Of a DNA stretch of 64,000 bases, positions 30,150-40,039 are shown one piece after another. The translations under genes and the position numbers were made by a program. Each line of letters opens with the position of its first letter. The stretch's first letter is position 1. The DNA comes from Escherichia coli (GTDB lineage Bacteria; Pseudomonadota; Gammaproteobacteria; Enterobacterales; Enterobacteriaceae). The stretch is from NCBI RefSeq assembly GCF_011045215.1, contig NZ_CP049201.1. One strand, written 5' to 3'. The notes beneath the pieces are model-generated. The model made no database searches. It was given only the letters and a program-made list of their open reading frames with translations, and was not told where the DNA came from.

Positions 30150-30860
30150 ATGCGCCTATAAGGCTCTCTTACCAGCCGCGCCCTAACAGGCGCACACGAT
30201 CTGACATTTGCATCCAACTTCGTTACTTACGGCCCGTAAACGGGCTGCCCGGATAGGGAATCGATAACTGCTCTCCCATTTCATCCTCTTCAAGCTGGTG
30301 CTTTATGTAATCCTGTATCTTCGCCGTGTTCTTACCCACCGTATCGACGTAGTACCCTCTGCACCAGAACTCCCTGTTCCTGTATTTGAATTTCAAATCC
30401 CCAAACTGCTCATAAAGCATCAGACTGCTTTTCCCTTTCAGATATCCCATAAAGCCGGATACGCTCATTTTGGGCGGGATCTCCACAAGCATATGGATAT
30501 GATCTGCACAGCATTCAGCTTCAAGAATCCGTACGCTTTTCCACTCACACAGCTTTCTCAAAATACTGCCTATTGCTCTACGCTTCTCTCTGTAGAACAC
30601 TTGTCTTCGGTATTTTGGCGCAAAAACTATGTGATATTTACAGTTCCATCGGGTGTGCGCTAAGCTCTTTTCGTTCCCCATTGGGACCCCCTTTTGATTT
30701 CTTGTTTGACACTTGCAGTTGCCAGACCGCAAGGTGTTTTAACAAATCAAAAGGGGTTTTAATAACTGGCTCAAAGCTGAAAGCTTTCCGGAACCCCCAG
30801 CCTAGCTGGGGGTTTTCTGTGCACAAGAAGAGCCCGTACGAAAGTACGGGCTTTTTTTTC
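30150..30860 (-). mobile_element. IS200 element (ends approximate)
   Basis: tnpA flanked by palindromes (acggcccgtaaacgggctgcc at about 30232; gcccgtacgaaagtacgggc plus T8 at 30831-30858); boundaries not determined. Confidence 0.5.
30223..30684 (-). CDS. tnpA: IS200 transposase TnpA (IS200/IS605 family Y1 HuH transposase)
   Basis: MGNEKSLAHTRWNCKYHIVFAPKYRR...HIHMLVEIPP...YY motifs; near-identical to IS200 TnpA as recalled; start taken at Met17 of the 169-aa ORF. Confidence 0.85.
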   Translation of the reverse strand, partial: PMGNEKSLAHTRWNCKYHIVFAPKYRRQVFYREKRRAIGSILRKLCEWKSVRILEAECCADHIHMLVEIPPKMSVSGFMGYLKGKSSLMLYEQFGDLKFKYRNREFWCRGYYVDTVGKNTAKIQDYIKHQLEEDEMGEQLSIPYPGSPFTGRK

Positions 30861-31010
30861 GTATATTGCACACACCGGGTGCCCCCGCCCACGTCTGTTA
30901 GGGCGAGGGGAAATCGTGCACATCAACTGTCTGATTGCTCAGTCAACAATCAAAATGCGCAAGAGAGTACAGAACATATATGCGCTATCTGGTCACTTCC
31001 TGTAACTTCC

Positions 31011-31997
31011 TCACTTATTAAAATGCCCCCAACGGAAATACATGTCACATGCCATCATAAAATCGTTATGCCAGAGGAACCGACAATGGAAAAAATAGTA
31101 AATTAAGCACGGTACATAGCAGAGTAAAAAATAGGCTTCAAACCAAATCCGCCATTCCACAAGCGTTGCCAATACCGACACCAGCGTAATCCACATCACT
31201 TCAATAACCAGCAATATGAATAACCGAAGCCAAAGCGGCTTGGCAAAAAAGGTCGACAACGCATTTTCACTGGAGAAAAACAGATCGATTTCCTGCAAAA
31301 AAAGCCTGCCCAGAAAAGCGTACCGCTTGGAGAAGCGCAGAAAAAACAGATTAATCGCCAACACTACGCCACAAAGAATGAGCAATGCAATTATCGATTT
31401 AAACGTTAACCACTGCCCCTCTGTCACAAAAGAGTTACTGTTACGCAACGGGCTGATAGTAAGCAGGTTAACAACCGTTGAGATACAAACCGAAAGCAGC
31501 ACATAGCGAGTCAGACTTTTATATTTTACTTTTTTCGCTACTGAAATAGCGACCTGCTTGACATAACTGGTGCGGATCATCCGAAACAACAGAAAGATGA
31601 CCAACGGCCCAAGTAACGAAATCAGGAACAGCGCATATAACGAGGGTAGAAGCTGGTATAGCCCCCAACTCATTGCACTCAACATGATTAACGACAGAAA
31701 TCCTGCCACCAGAGGTTGTGTAAGAAATAATTCTATTTTGTGGTTCTGCTTTTTCTTAAACCACGAAAAATCGATATTCTTCGTGACGCATTTATAAGCC
31801 CAGTACGCCTTGAGATCAAAAATAAAATTATACAGCACCAGGGCCAGAATCCCACTAACTACACCAATATCCTCTGATGGAAAAGTAAACCCTGCATTTT
31901 TCCAATAAAAGCCTATCAGAATAAGTCCAATAGCATAAATGTATATCAGATTTCGTTTATCCTGAAAGCGAATAAAAGTTAAATAATCAGGAATCAT
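31011..31997 (-). CDS. Hypothetical polytopic inner-membrane protein (last gene of the biosynthetic cluster)
   Basis: 328 aa, multiple hydrophobic helices; start overlaps the stop of the upstream acyltransferase. Confidence 0.5.
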   Translation of the reverse strand: MIPDYLTFIRFQDKRNLIYIYAIGLILIGFYWKNAGFTFPSEDIGVVSGILALVLYNFIFDLKAYWAYKCVTKNIDFSWFKKKQNHKIELFLTQPLVAGFLSLIMLSAMSWGLYQLLPSLYALFLISLLGPLVIFLLFRMIRTSYVKQVAISVAKKVKYKSLTRYVLLSVCISTVVNLLTISPLRNSNSFVTEGQWLTFKSIIALLILCGVVLAINLFFLRFSKRYAFLGRLFLQEIDLFFSSENALSTFFAKPLWLRLFILLVIEVMWITLVSVLATLVEWRIWFEAYFLLCYVPCLIYYFFHCRFLWHNDFMMACDMYFRWGHFNK

Positions 31998-32938
31998 TTG
32001 AATACCTTCGCATCACTAAATGCTTTACGACAATGCATAACTCGTTGCTGATCCACGCCAGCAAAATCATTTAACATATTCCCCAAATAGGGCTTATTAC
32101 TTATTTCAAGGAAAGCTACCGGGGTTGGCATATTCAGAAATGTATCGAGAGATTCAGTCCATTTCACCGTATGAGTTAAGTGTAATGAGAGATTTTCTTT
32201 GATAATTGACGGAGCGACCTCGCTTTTTGCTGTTACGTTCATCAGAACCTGATGCTCTGGCGAAGCGATATCCAGTCCGGCAAGATAATCGCGCATTGCC
32301 TGAACGCCGTCTTCCATCAAACGCGTGTGCCAGGCACCGCTCACACCGAGTTTAACCGGTTCGTACCCAGCGGCCATCAGCAGCGTGGCAAATTCATTCA
32401 ACGCAGTCTGCGTTCCCCCAATAACCTGCTGGCGCGGCGTGTTATCACAGCTAATATCCAGCGCAATGCCTGATTCCGTAATCATCGTCTGCAGTTGTTC
32501 GCGGTTGATGCCTTTAACCGCCAGCATTGCGCCTTTATTTCTCTGGCTTTCGTCATGCATCAGGCTGGCTCTGAAGTGAATCATGCCAAATAGCGTCTCA
32601 AGAGAAATAGCTCCAGCGGCGTAGAGCGCACTGTATTCACCAACGCTGTGTCCGCAGGAGCCCACAACCGTTAAATTCTCAAGACGCTCGCGGCACAGGG
32701 TATAGAGCGTTACATTAATTGCGGTCACCGCCAGTTGTTGTACCGTCGTTTGAATAAGGCGATTCATCGGCCCTTTCTGACACAGGCGACGCAGGTTCAG
32801 TCCGGAAATATCGCTGGCACAATCCCAGATATGTTTTGTACTGGCGTTGAGATCCCAAAGATCGCTGCCCATACCAATAACCGGATTACCCTGACCGGCA
32901 AAAAGCAGTACTGTCGGTTGTGAAGCATTATTCATCAT
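31994..32938 (-). CDS. FabD-like malonyl-CoA:ACP transacylase family acyltransferase
   Basis: 314 aa; GHSVGEY active-site motif (GHSxG); N-terminal LLFAGQG. Confidence 0.7.
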   Translation of the reverse strand: MMNNASQPTVLLFAGQGNPVIGMGSDLWDLNASTKHIWDCASDISGLNLRRLCQKGPMNRLIQTTVQQLAVTAINVTLYTLCRERLENLTVVGSCGHSVGEYSALYAAGAISLETLFGMIHFRASLMHDESQRNKGAMLAVKGINREQLQTMITESGIALDISCDNTPRQQVIGGTQTALNEFATLLMAAGYEPVKLGVSGAWHTRLMEDGVQAMRDYLAGLDIASPEHQVLMNVTAKSEVAPSIIKENLSLHLTHTVKWTESLDTFLNMPTPVAFLEISNKPYLGNMLNDFAGVDQQRVMHCRKAFSDAKVFK

Positions 32939-32948
32939 CTCTTTATCC

Positions 32949-34337
32949 TTATAGATAGTATTTAAAGCCCAAATAAAGGCCTAACGTGTCGCCAAAAAGC
33001 GCAAATTCAGAATACCGACTTCCCAGCGCGCTATAGCCACCGGCATAGGCTTCAAGCTGGTTACTGATAGCGCTGAGCGGCGTGGAATAATGCAGGCCCA
33101 GCAACGTACTGCCATCAATGAGATTGACCACCAGCGAAGGCTGCAGCGTCGACTCTCCCGCCAGCGGCAGACTGGCCCAGGCGTTCAGATAGTGCTTACC
33201 CTGCAGCATCCCCTGATTGGCGGTATTGCTGATTTCTGAAGCCATCAGGTATTTGTAAGAATCAAATGCCTGATCCAGTGGCGCATAGCCGGTTGTGGTA
33301 TTGAGGAAGTCAATTAACTCGCGCTGCTGACGCTGTTCAGCGCGCGAATAACCCTCGCTCTGAAAGTAATACTCAACGCCAAACACGCTGAAATTATCAC
33401 TGGTGTACTGCCCACCCAGCGCCAGCTCCACGCCGCTTTCATCTTTCGTTTCATAGAGCGAATCCGGAAACTGATATTCCTCGACCTGCGCCGTCTCACG
33501 GTGGGAAAGATGCCGCCATTGCTGGGAGCGGTGGTAGGCTGCGTCGACATTCAGCGTAAGCTGCGGGGTGTAGTGATAACTGTCAGACAGCGCGAGTGAC
33601 GGCGATGGTCCGAGCCGCACATTGACTGTCGGCGTGTGCTCACCAAAGCGATGATCGCTGAAGCTCAGCAGATAGGCTTCGTCGCTGTTTCCCTGCTGAT
33701 TAGCCGACCAGTTGCCAGACGTCACATAGCGTTTGTCGATGGTGGCTAACTTCGGTATGACACTCGCCGAAAACGCATAATCGCGTGTATCCACGCTCAT
33801 TTTTGCGCCCCACGATGACGCCTGATACGCCGATGTCATTTTGGGATCGTGCAAACGCGTCGACTGGAATCCAGTGTAATAATGCGTTTGCAAATCAGAA
33901 GGCGAACGCAAAAAGAACATTCCTGACGGCGCGGCAAATTTGCCTGCTTCAAATTGAACGCTGTCCGAGGCACTATAGACCAGACTGAAGCGGTTAATTA
34001 ACGCACGCGTGCGGCTATCATCCGTTTCGAATTTCCCTGCAGGTTTAAGCGCATATTCGTTTATTCCATACAGATTGAGCTTAAGGTCCAGCGTATTGTC
34101 GATTATTGAACAACCACTATTGATGCCAATCCCCGCCTCCTGATAACCGTTGTGACGTGTGTAGGGATTTTTGCCTGCAATCTGCCAGGCCGAAGCCTGT
34201 TTATTGACATAAGACACCTGCTCGTAGAGCGTCACATCGCTGTTTTGTGCCACCTCGTCACCTGACAGGCAATCCGCCTGTACCGTCAACGGCAGCGCAA
34301 CACACAGCAACGAAGAGATCTTCAGCGTGCGTTTCAT
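32949..34337 (-). CDS. Putative outer-membrane beta-barrel protein
   Basis: 462 aa; signal peptide MKRTLKISSLLCVALPLTVQA; alternating aromatic/hydrophilic pattern; C-terminal ...FKYYL. Confidence 0.5.
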   Translation of the reverse strand: MKRTLKISSLLCVALPLTVQADCLSGDEVAQNSDVTLYEQVSYVNKQASAWQIAGKNPYTRHNGYQEAGIGINSGCSIIDNTLDLKLNLYGINEYALKPAGKFETDDSRTRALINRFSLVYSASDSVQFEAGKFAAPSGMFFLRSPSDLQTHYYTGFQSTRLHDPKMTSAYQASSWGAKMSVDTRDYAFSASVIPKLATIDKRYVTSGNWSANQQGNSDEAYLLSFSDHRFGEHTPTVNVRLGPSPSLALSDSYHYTPQLTLNVDAAYHRSQQWRHLSHRETAQVEEYQFPDSLYETKDESGVELALGGQYTSDNFSVFGVEYYFQSEGYSRAEQRQQRELIDFLNTTTGYAPLDQAFDSYKYLMASEISNTANQGMLQGKHYLNAWASLPLAGESTLQPSLVVNLIDGSTLLGLHYSTPLSAISNQLEAYAGGYSALGSRYSEFALFGDTLGLYLGFKYYL

Positions 34338-35122
34338 TTCGCACCTCGCTGAATATACTCTTTGGTGAAATGAAACTCTGGCAGCGATTCCAGACGAACA
34401 TCGCTGTACTCCATCACTGAATAGTTATTGCCGTGACGGACATCGGTAACGGTTATTTTCATGGGTCGCGTTTTCCCCAGCACCGGCTGGAAATCCTGAT
34501 ACAACACTTCTTTTATTAACTGGTCATCCTGCGAGTAATAGGCCGCCTTCCACGGGCGATTATCACCGTCTTTTTCAACGTAATAGATAACCTTCGGCCA
34601 GGTGATATCCGCCGATTTACGCACAAGCGCCAGCTTGTAACACTGCTTTTCAGCACAAGAGACTTCCCCCACAAGGGTCGAGTCATAGGCATATTCAAAG
34701 TTAGTGACAATGACATCGCCGTTAGAGATTTGCCCAATTAATCTTTGTTGCCGTGAAATAGGCATCGGACGTCGCAGTTCCGGCGTGTAAAACCATAAAT
34801 CGTACCAGTCGGAAAGCATGACTTTTCCTTTATCTCGCGGCGGATAAATAAAACGCACCAGCGAGCGCGCATCCGCTTTTTCATTACCCAGCGGTTTCAT
34901 AAAACGCATGGAAATATCGAGGACCTGTTTATTCTCTGGCTGGGTTACGCCCGCTTTATATTCCGTTACCGTCAGCGTGTAACGAAACGGTTTATTCGGC
35001 GAACGAATTTCGTCAGCGCGACGAATTATATCCAGCGCCTTATTATCTGTGCTCGCCGCCTGAACGCACGACGTAGCGAGCCACAGGCAAGCAAACCACT
35101 TGCCGTAAAAAGCCATATTCAT
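34334..35122 (-). CDS. LolA-like periplasmic lipid/lipoprotein carrier protein
   Basis: 262 aa with signal peptide; clusters with the ABC permease and ATPase. Confidence 0.45.
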   Translation of the reverse strand: MNMAFYGKWFACLWLATSCVQAASTDNKALDIIRRADEIRSPNKPFRYTLTVTEYKAGVTQPENKQVLDISMRFMKPLGNEKADARSLVRFIYPPRDKGKVMLSDWYDLWFYTPELRRPMPISRQQRLIGQISNGDVIVTNFEYAYDSTLVGEVSCAEKQCYKLALVRKSADITWPKVIYYVEKDGDNRPWKAAYYSQDDQLIKEVLYQDFQPVLGKTRPMKITVTDVRHGNNYSVMEYSDVRLESLPEFHFTKEYIQRGAK

Positions 35123-35130
35123 AATCAGTC

Positions 35131-36441
35131 CTACGAGAATTTAAATGCGTCAGAAATATTCAGCCGGGAAGCACGTAAAGCCGGTAACACAGAGGCACCT
35201 GTTGCTGTCAAAATAGGTAATACCACCGTCACCCAAATCAATTCCGGGTTACTGGTTTTTATAAAGGCGGTATAGCCGATGGTTTGTCCCGGCGATGGCG
35301 GCATCGCAATACCATAAAGATTAATAATCCAGGCTAGCGCCCCCCCCACCAGTAGGCTACCGACTGCGCCAATCACACCAATAAAAATGCCTTCCGTCAG
35401 AAACAAGCGCGTGACGTGAAGCGGCTTCAGGCCTATGGCACGCAGAGTGGTAATTTCACGGGTGCGTTCAACAATGTTCATTGCCATCGAATTGCTGATC
35501 ATGAAGATGACAATCAGCGCAACAATCAGCTTGATGAAGAAATAGATCCCCGACAGTAACCCCTCAACCTGTTGATAAAAGAGTGAAACATCACGCCAGT
35601 CTTTGACCACCAGCGGCAAATGATTGCGTTCAATAAACTGACGCAGCTTAGCGCTAAACGCCGCGGTGTCATCCTCTTTTAGCAGGATAAGCACTTTGCT
35701 GACGCCATCCGTACCCATCATGCGCTGCGCGGTGTCCAGCGGGATCTTCATCGCGACATCGTCATAATCTTTAATGCCTGACTCAAAAATGCCACGCAGT
35801 TTTAGCGACAATGCGCCCTGCCCGCCCGCCGTGTTGACGACCATCACATCCAGCCAGTCGTCATATTTCGCATTCAACGTTTTCGCCAGACCGCTGCCCA
35901 GGGTGATTTCATCACCTTTTACCCGGGAAAGATCGCTCCCCGCGATAATCTTATCGAACGAGCCCAGCTTTAAAGCGGGTAACGGCTCCACCCCTAGCGC
36001 GGAGAAATAGCTGGAGGTTTCGCTCTCGTAATGTGAAATTACGCCAGTAAACTCCAGTTGCCCGGAGAGCGTGGAAATATCCGCCGCCAGCGTCGGGTCC
36101 GACAAAATAGCTTTCTTTAACGCCGCATAATCGGCAATCAGGCTCTTATTTTTATTCGACGTTTCAAAATAGTGCTGATTGTAAATCTGTACATGACCAA
36201 TATTGGTACGAATCGTCTGCTCTTTCAGGATCCAGAAAGAGTAATCAATAAATCCGCCATATAAAAAAATTGCCACGCCACCCAATACAATGGCGGTTAT
36301 AGTAGAAAAAGAGCGACGCTTGTGGCGAAAGAGATTCAAAAATGCAAATTTGACATCTCGTGAATAAAACAGAAGCTGATAAAACACAAAAAACAGAATC
36401 AGCAGCAGAACGCAATTAACAGCTAAAATTTCCCCGGACAT
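35131..36441 (-). CDS. ABC transporter permease (FtsX/MacB/LolE-like, large periplasmic loop)
   Basis: 436 aa; TM1, about 200-aa periplasmic domain, then three C-terminal TM helices. Confidence 0.7.
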   Translation of the reverse strand: MSGEILAVNCVLLLILFFVFYQLLFYSRDVKFAFLNLFRHKRRSFSTITAIVLGGVAIFLYGGFIDYSFWILKEQTIRTNIGHVQIYNQHYFETSNKNKSLIADYAALKKAILSDPTLAADISTLSGQLEFTGVISHYESETSSYFSALGVEPLPALKLGSFDKIIAGSDLSRVKGDEITLGSGLAKTLNAKYDDWLDVMVVNTAGGQGALSLKLRGIFESGIKDYDDVAMKIPLDTAQRMMGTDGVSKVLILLKEDDTAAFSAKLRQFIERNHLPLVVKDWRDVSLFYQQVEGLLSGIYFFIKLIVALIVIFMISNSMAMNIVERTREITTLRAIGLKPLHVTRLFLTEGIFIGVIGAVGSLLVGGALAWIINLYGIAMPPSPGQTIGYTAFIKTSNPELIWVTVVLPILTATGASVLPALRASRLNISDAFKFS

Positions 36442-37098
36442 TTACTCACCTTTCATCAGCGGCAGCAGTACCTGGGTTAACTCTTCACTATCCCATTCTG
36501 GTACAACATTAAAATCATGCGTCAGCGACTGCGCTAGCGCGGTGTTTTGCCCTTTAATTTGCGCCAACAACGCATTCGCACGGGTGGTGTCCTTGCAGTG
36601 ACGTAATGCGCGATAACGCATCGCCAGAATATGGTCGCGGATCGTTGTCGTCCATATCGCCGGGTCAGCCAGCATGTGTTCGGTATCTTTGACTGTCACC
36701 ACGCAACGCCCTGAATCTGCGGGTAAATAGGCATCTACGCGGGCACGTAAATACCGTACGCGTTGATTTTTCTCCTGCAAATCCACCGCTTCATCCAGCC
36801 AGAAAAAGCCGCTTTTGGCGTATTCTGAGGCATGGATAAAATCGTTTGTTGCCGCATAACTGTCTGCCTGACGCAGTAAGCCATAGGCATAAAAAACCAG
36901 CGCCACCACATTGTGCCTGGCGTCATACTCTTTCTTTAACGCCTCGGTCAGCATCGCCAGCGCGGCAGGCTGCGCCGGGAGCCCCTGTTGCAGAACCTGG
37001 TTAACGGCGTCGGGTGTTGCCGCGTAAATCTTCGGGGCCAAAAACGCCGCGTACAAAAAGACGCCGATGAGCAAAAATCCTTTATGCATCTGAGTCAT
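36442..37098 (-). CDS. Hypothetical secreted protein
   Basis: 218 aa with N-terminal signal-like segment; stop abuts the permease start. Confidence 0.45.
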   Translation of the reverse strand: MTQMHKGFLLIGVFLYAAFLAPKIYAATPDAVNQVLQQGLPAQPAALAMLTEALKKEYDARHNVVALVFYAYGLLRQADSYAATNDFIHASEYAKSGFFWLDEAVDLQEKNQRVRYLRARVDAYLPADSGRCVVTVKDTEHMLADPAIWTTTIRDHILAMRYRALRHCKDTTRANALLAQIKGQNTALAQSLTHDFNVVPEWDSEELTQVLLPLMKGE

Positions 37099-37789
37099 GA
37101 ATCAATACTCCATCCTGAATTTCAACCACTCGCCGTGCCCGCGCTTTTAATTCGCTGGAGTGCGTGGAAATAACAAATGTGGTGCCTGTCTGCTGATTAA
37201 TCGTCAACAGCAGGTCCAAAATAGCCTCGCCGGTTGCCAGGTCTAAATTTCCCGTCGGTTCATCGGCAATGACCACCATCGGTTCGTGTGCCAGTGCCCG
37301 GGCGATGGCGACACGCTGTTGTTGACCGCCCGATAGTTGCCCAGGTTTGCGATCGCCAAAACCGCTTAATCCGACGCTATCGAGATAATGCAGCGTCCGT
37401 TCAGTGGCTTCTTTTTTACTGAACTGGCCATTAAGCACCAATGGGAAATAAACGTTATCGAAAACATTTAATACCGGCATAAGATTAAAAAACTGAAAAA
37501 TAAAACCCAGATGTTTTCCACGAATCACAGCTAACTGCTCTTCCGGCAGTTGGTTCAGTAATTTATTTAAAAATATCACCGTTCCGCTGGTCGGTTTATC
37601 AATACCCGAGAGAATATTCAACAGAGTACTTTTACCACTGCCTGATGGCCCACACAGTGCGAGAAATTCGCCTTTATTGATATCAAGATTAATGCTTTTA
37701 AGCGCATCAACCTTTCCTGCCCCGGCACCATAACACTTGTAAATGTTGCTAAGCGAAATAGCGGGCAACGATTTAATAGTAGATTGCAT
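37082..37789 (-). CDS. ABC transporter ATP-binding protein (LolD/MacB type)
   Basis: Walker [10 protein letters not shown], signature [15 protein letters not shown], Walker [13 protein letters not shown]; start taken at Met30 of the ORF (37789) to avoid a 77-nt overlap. Confidence 0.8.
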   Translation of the reverse strand: MQSTIKSLPAISLSNIYKCYGAGAGKVDALKSINLDINKGEFLALCGPSGSGKSTLLNILSGIDKPTSGTVIFLNKLLNQLPEEQLAVIRGKHLGFIFQFFNLMPVLNVFDNVYFPLVLNGQFSKKEATERTLHYLDSVGLSGFGDRKPGQLSGGQQQRVAIARALAHEPMVVIADEPTGNLDLATGEAILDLLLTINQQTGTTFVISTHSSELKARARRVVEIQDGVLIHDSDA

Positions 37790-37799
37790 ACGACTGTCG

Positions 37800-38753
37800 T
37801 TATCCTTCAAGGTATTCAAGGTCAAAGTAGTGATAACCAAACTGTTTATCGGCAATGACCGTACGCATTTTTCCACCGGGCTGAATATGACGGGTTAAAT
37901 AATCCATACTCAGCGCGGGCGTCAGACAACCGCTTTCTCCGTAATGGGCTACCAGGTCGATAACGCCAGCAGCAGGCCGGGACGGCATTTGTCGCCGTTC
38001 GCTGAAGGCCATGACATCAATATCCGTAGCATGCTGTGGCGCAGTGCCGGAATGATATTCCCCGCATTGCAGCCTGATGGCGCTCTCACGCTGGCTGAGA
38101 ATAAAACAACCCACGCGTTCAACAGATAAATTCACCTCATCAGCACGACGGGGGAATAAACGCTTAGGCGGTTTACCCACATCCTCTTCAGAGAATACCA
38201 GTACCGGAATTGCCCGATAGGCAGCGCAAATCACCACGTTATCGAATACATCCCAGGCGAGATAATCCTGCGCCATACGCAGCGCCTGAACGAATGCCTG
38301 TTTTTCGCCACGAATTTTGCAAGTCGGCTCAGTTATCGAAAACTTCTTAAGTAAATTCTTGGGAAGCGTATCAATAGTGGCGATATGCAGCGCACTGGAA
38401 ATTTTTTCAAACGGACCGGATTCGCCCCAGGAATCGGCATAAATAAATGCCGTGCGCGATTTCATTAACTTCATGCGTTCTTTAGTCGGCATTTGTTGTA
38501 ATGCAGAATCGGTCACCTGCTCCATCGCCTCAAGGTAAGGCATATATTGCGGATTACGGATCCGTTCCGGCGCATAAATATCGTTCTCAACGCCAAAGCG
38601 CTTCAGCCCCCAGCCATTAGCACGGGTGCCATATAATCCTCTTTCGTACATATGTGCTTCCCAGGCGTTGAGCCAGGTCGGCTGATAAAAATAAAAAATG
38701 TCGTCCGGTTCCGTAAGCGCCCAGGAAGACAGGTAGATACTCTTTTCCGTCAT
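37800..38753 (-). CDS. Hypothetical protein (317 aa) in the FAS/PKS-like cluster
   Basis: ORF tightly packed between the KS and ABC ATPase genes; no motif recognised. Confidence 0.45.
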   Translation of the reverse strand: MTEKSIYLSSWALTEPDDIFYFYQPTWLNAWEAHMYERGLYGTRANGWGLKRFGVENDIYAPERIRNPQYMPYLEAMEQVTDSALQQMPTKERMKLMKSRTAFIYADSWGESGPFEKISSALHIATIDTLPKNLLKKFSITEPTCKIRGEKQAFVQALRMAQDYLAWDVFDNVVICAAYRAIPVLVFSEEDVGKPPKRLFPRRADEVNLSVERVGCFILSQRESAIRLQCGEYHSGTAPQHATDIDVMAFSERRQMPSRPAAGVIDLVAHYGESGCLTPALSMDYLTRHIQPGGKMRTVIADKQFGYHYFDLEYLEG

Positions 38754-40039
38754 TTCGCGCGCCCCGCTTGCATATTTGACATAACAACGCCAATAACCGA
38801 ACCATCGACACCCACACCAACCTTCAGCAAATGGCGTTTGCTATGGTTTGTCACGCTGCCGTCCGTAAGTACCAGCGAAGCCATGCTGTCGATAATGACG
38901 TCGTTACCAACAGGTGCGATCAGTTGATGATGCGTCAACGAATGGTGGCCAATGATCAGATCGACAACACCGGATCCGGTTGCGGTATAGCCGATCTGCC
39001 CTTTATAGGCGAGAACGGGGATCTGCCGCTCCCCTGCGAACATGGTGATGGCTTTGGCTTCCGCGTTATCGCTCACTGCCGAACCGTTGCCGTGTGGAAG
39101 AATGGCTGCAAGATCATCCAGCGCTATTTCAGCCTGCTTCATCGCGGCCTGCATGACCTTGTGCACGTTAGTGCTAAGCCAGGAGGCATCGTTGCTGCGG
39201 CCCGCGCTGATTTGGGTGTAAGTCGTTTGCACCCTTACGCCCTCACTTTGTTGACGCGCCCGGCGGTGATGAGCGCTTTCCAGTAGGAGCGCGCTAAAAC
39301 CTTCTGCGAACGCCACACCTTTACTGTTTTCACCAAACGGCTGAACCTGTTCGCTGTCCAGCATCGATTGCGTTTCCAGGAACCAGATATCCTGGGTTTT
39401 AATTTTCGAACAGTTCAGCACAATCGCGAGATCAATCCCGCCCTGCTCAATGCCCTGCGTCGCCAGATGCACCGCAGTCAGTGACGAGTTACTGGTGCAG
39501 TTCATGTTAGGCGGCAAATACTGCAAGCGATATTTGCGCGCAAGATGGCTTGAAATCGTGTCCTGCGACATCTTTGAGGCATGCAGATTTGTGATGGATT
39601 GCGTTAAGTTGATATCTTCTACATCGTTGTAATTATAGAAAGATTTGTAATCCAGCCCGTCGATACGCGGCCCAATACCGGTCAGATAAACGCGAACGTT
39701 GCGCCCGGCCAGGCAATGCTTATCCAGCATTGCCTGTTCCAGGGCTTCGTCGATCAACTGAGACAGCAGGTCCAATGCGCTATCGTCCACCTGTTTCAAC
39801 GTCGCCACTGACGGATTACCCTTAAACCCGCATTTAATGGCTTCCTCGTTGGAGGTAAACCAGGGTGTACGCGCAACGCGTTTCCCCTGTTTCAGATTGT
39901 CAATTAACTGCGAACAGTCTTCGGCATACGGCATCCACACGCTGTAACCCGAAATAATAGCGGCATTGTCCACAGTCTTATCCCTTAATGACGAACGCGT
40001 AGTAGTTGCCGCCTTCCGTTGCGCCAACAAGCAGGACAT
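38750..40039 (-). CDS. Beta-ketoacyl synthase-like protein (thiolase fold, possibly a chain-length-factor-type partner)
   Basis: 429 aa; KS-like architecture; start likely downstream of the ORF-track start because it overlaps the upstream gene by 62 nt. Confidence 0.65.
   Translation of the reverse strand: MSCLLAQRKAATTTRSSLRDKTVDNAAIISGYSVWMPYAEDCSQLIDNLKQGKRVARTPWFTSNEEAIKCGFKGNPSVATLKQVDDSALDLLSQLIDEALEQAMLDKHCLAGRNVRVYLTGIGPRIDGLDYKSFYNYNDVEDINLTQSITNLHASKMSQDTISSHLARKYRLQYLPPNMNCTSNSSLTAVHLATQGIEQGGIDLAIVLNCSKIKTQDIWFLETQSMLDSEQVQPFGENSKGVAFAEGFSALLLESAHHRRARQQSEGVRVQTTYTQISAGRSNDASWLSTNVHKVMQAAMKQAEIALDDLAAILPHGNGSAVSDNAEAKAITMFAGERQIPVLAYKGQIGYTATGSGVVDLIIGHHSLTHHQLIAPVGNDVIIDSMASLVLTDGSVTNHSKRHLLKVGVGVDGSVIGVVMSNMQAGRAK

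Noticed and set aside
29934-30222. Expected tRNA or tmRNA attachment site next to the P4-type integrase
   Set aside because: No cloverleaf-compatible sequence, T-loop-like GTTCGAATC motif or CCA-end context on either strand; the region runs directly into IS200. Absence concluded by eye only.
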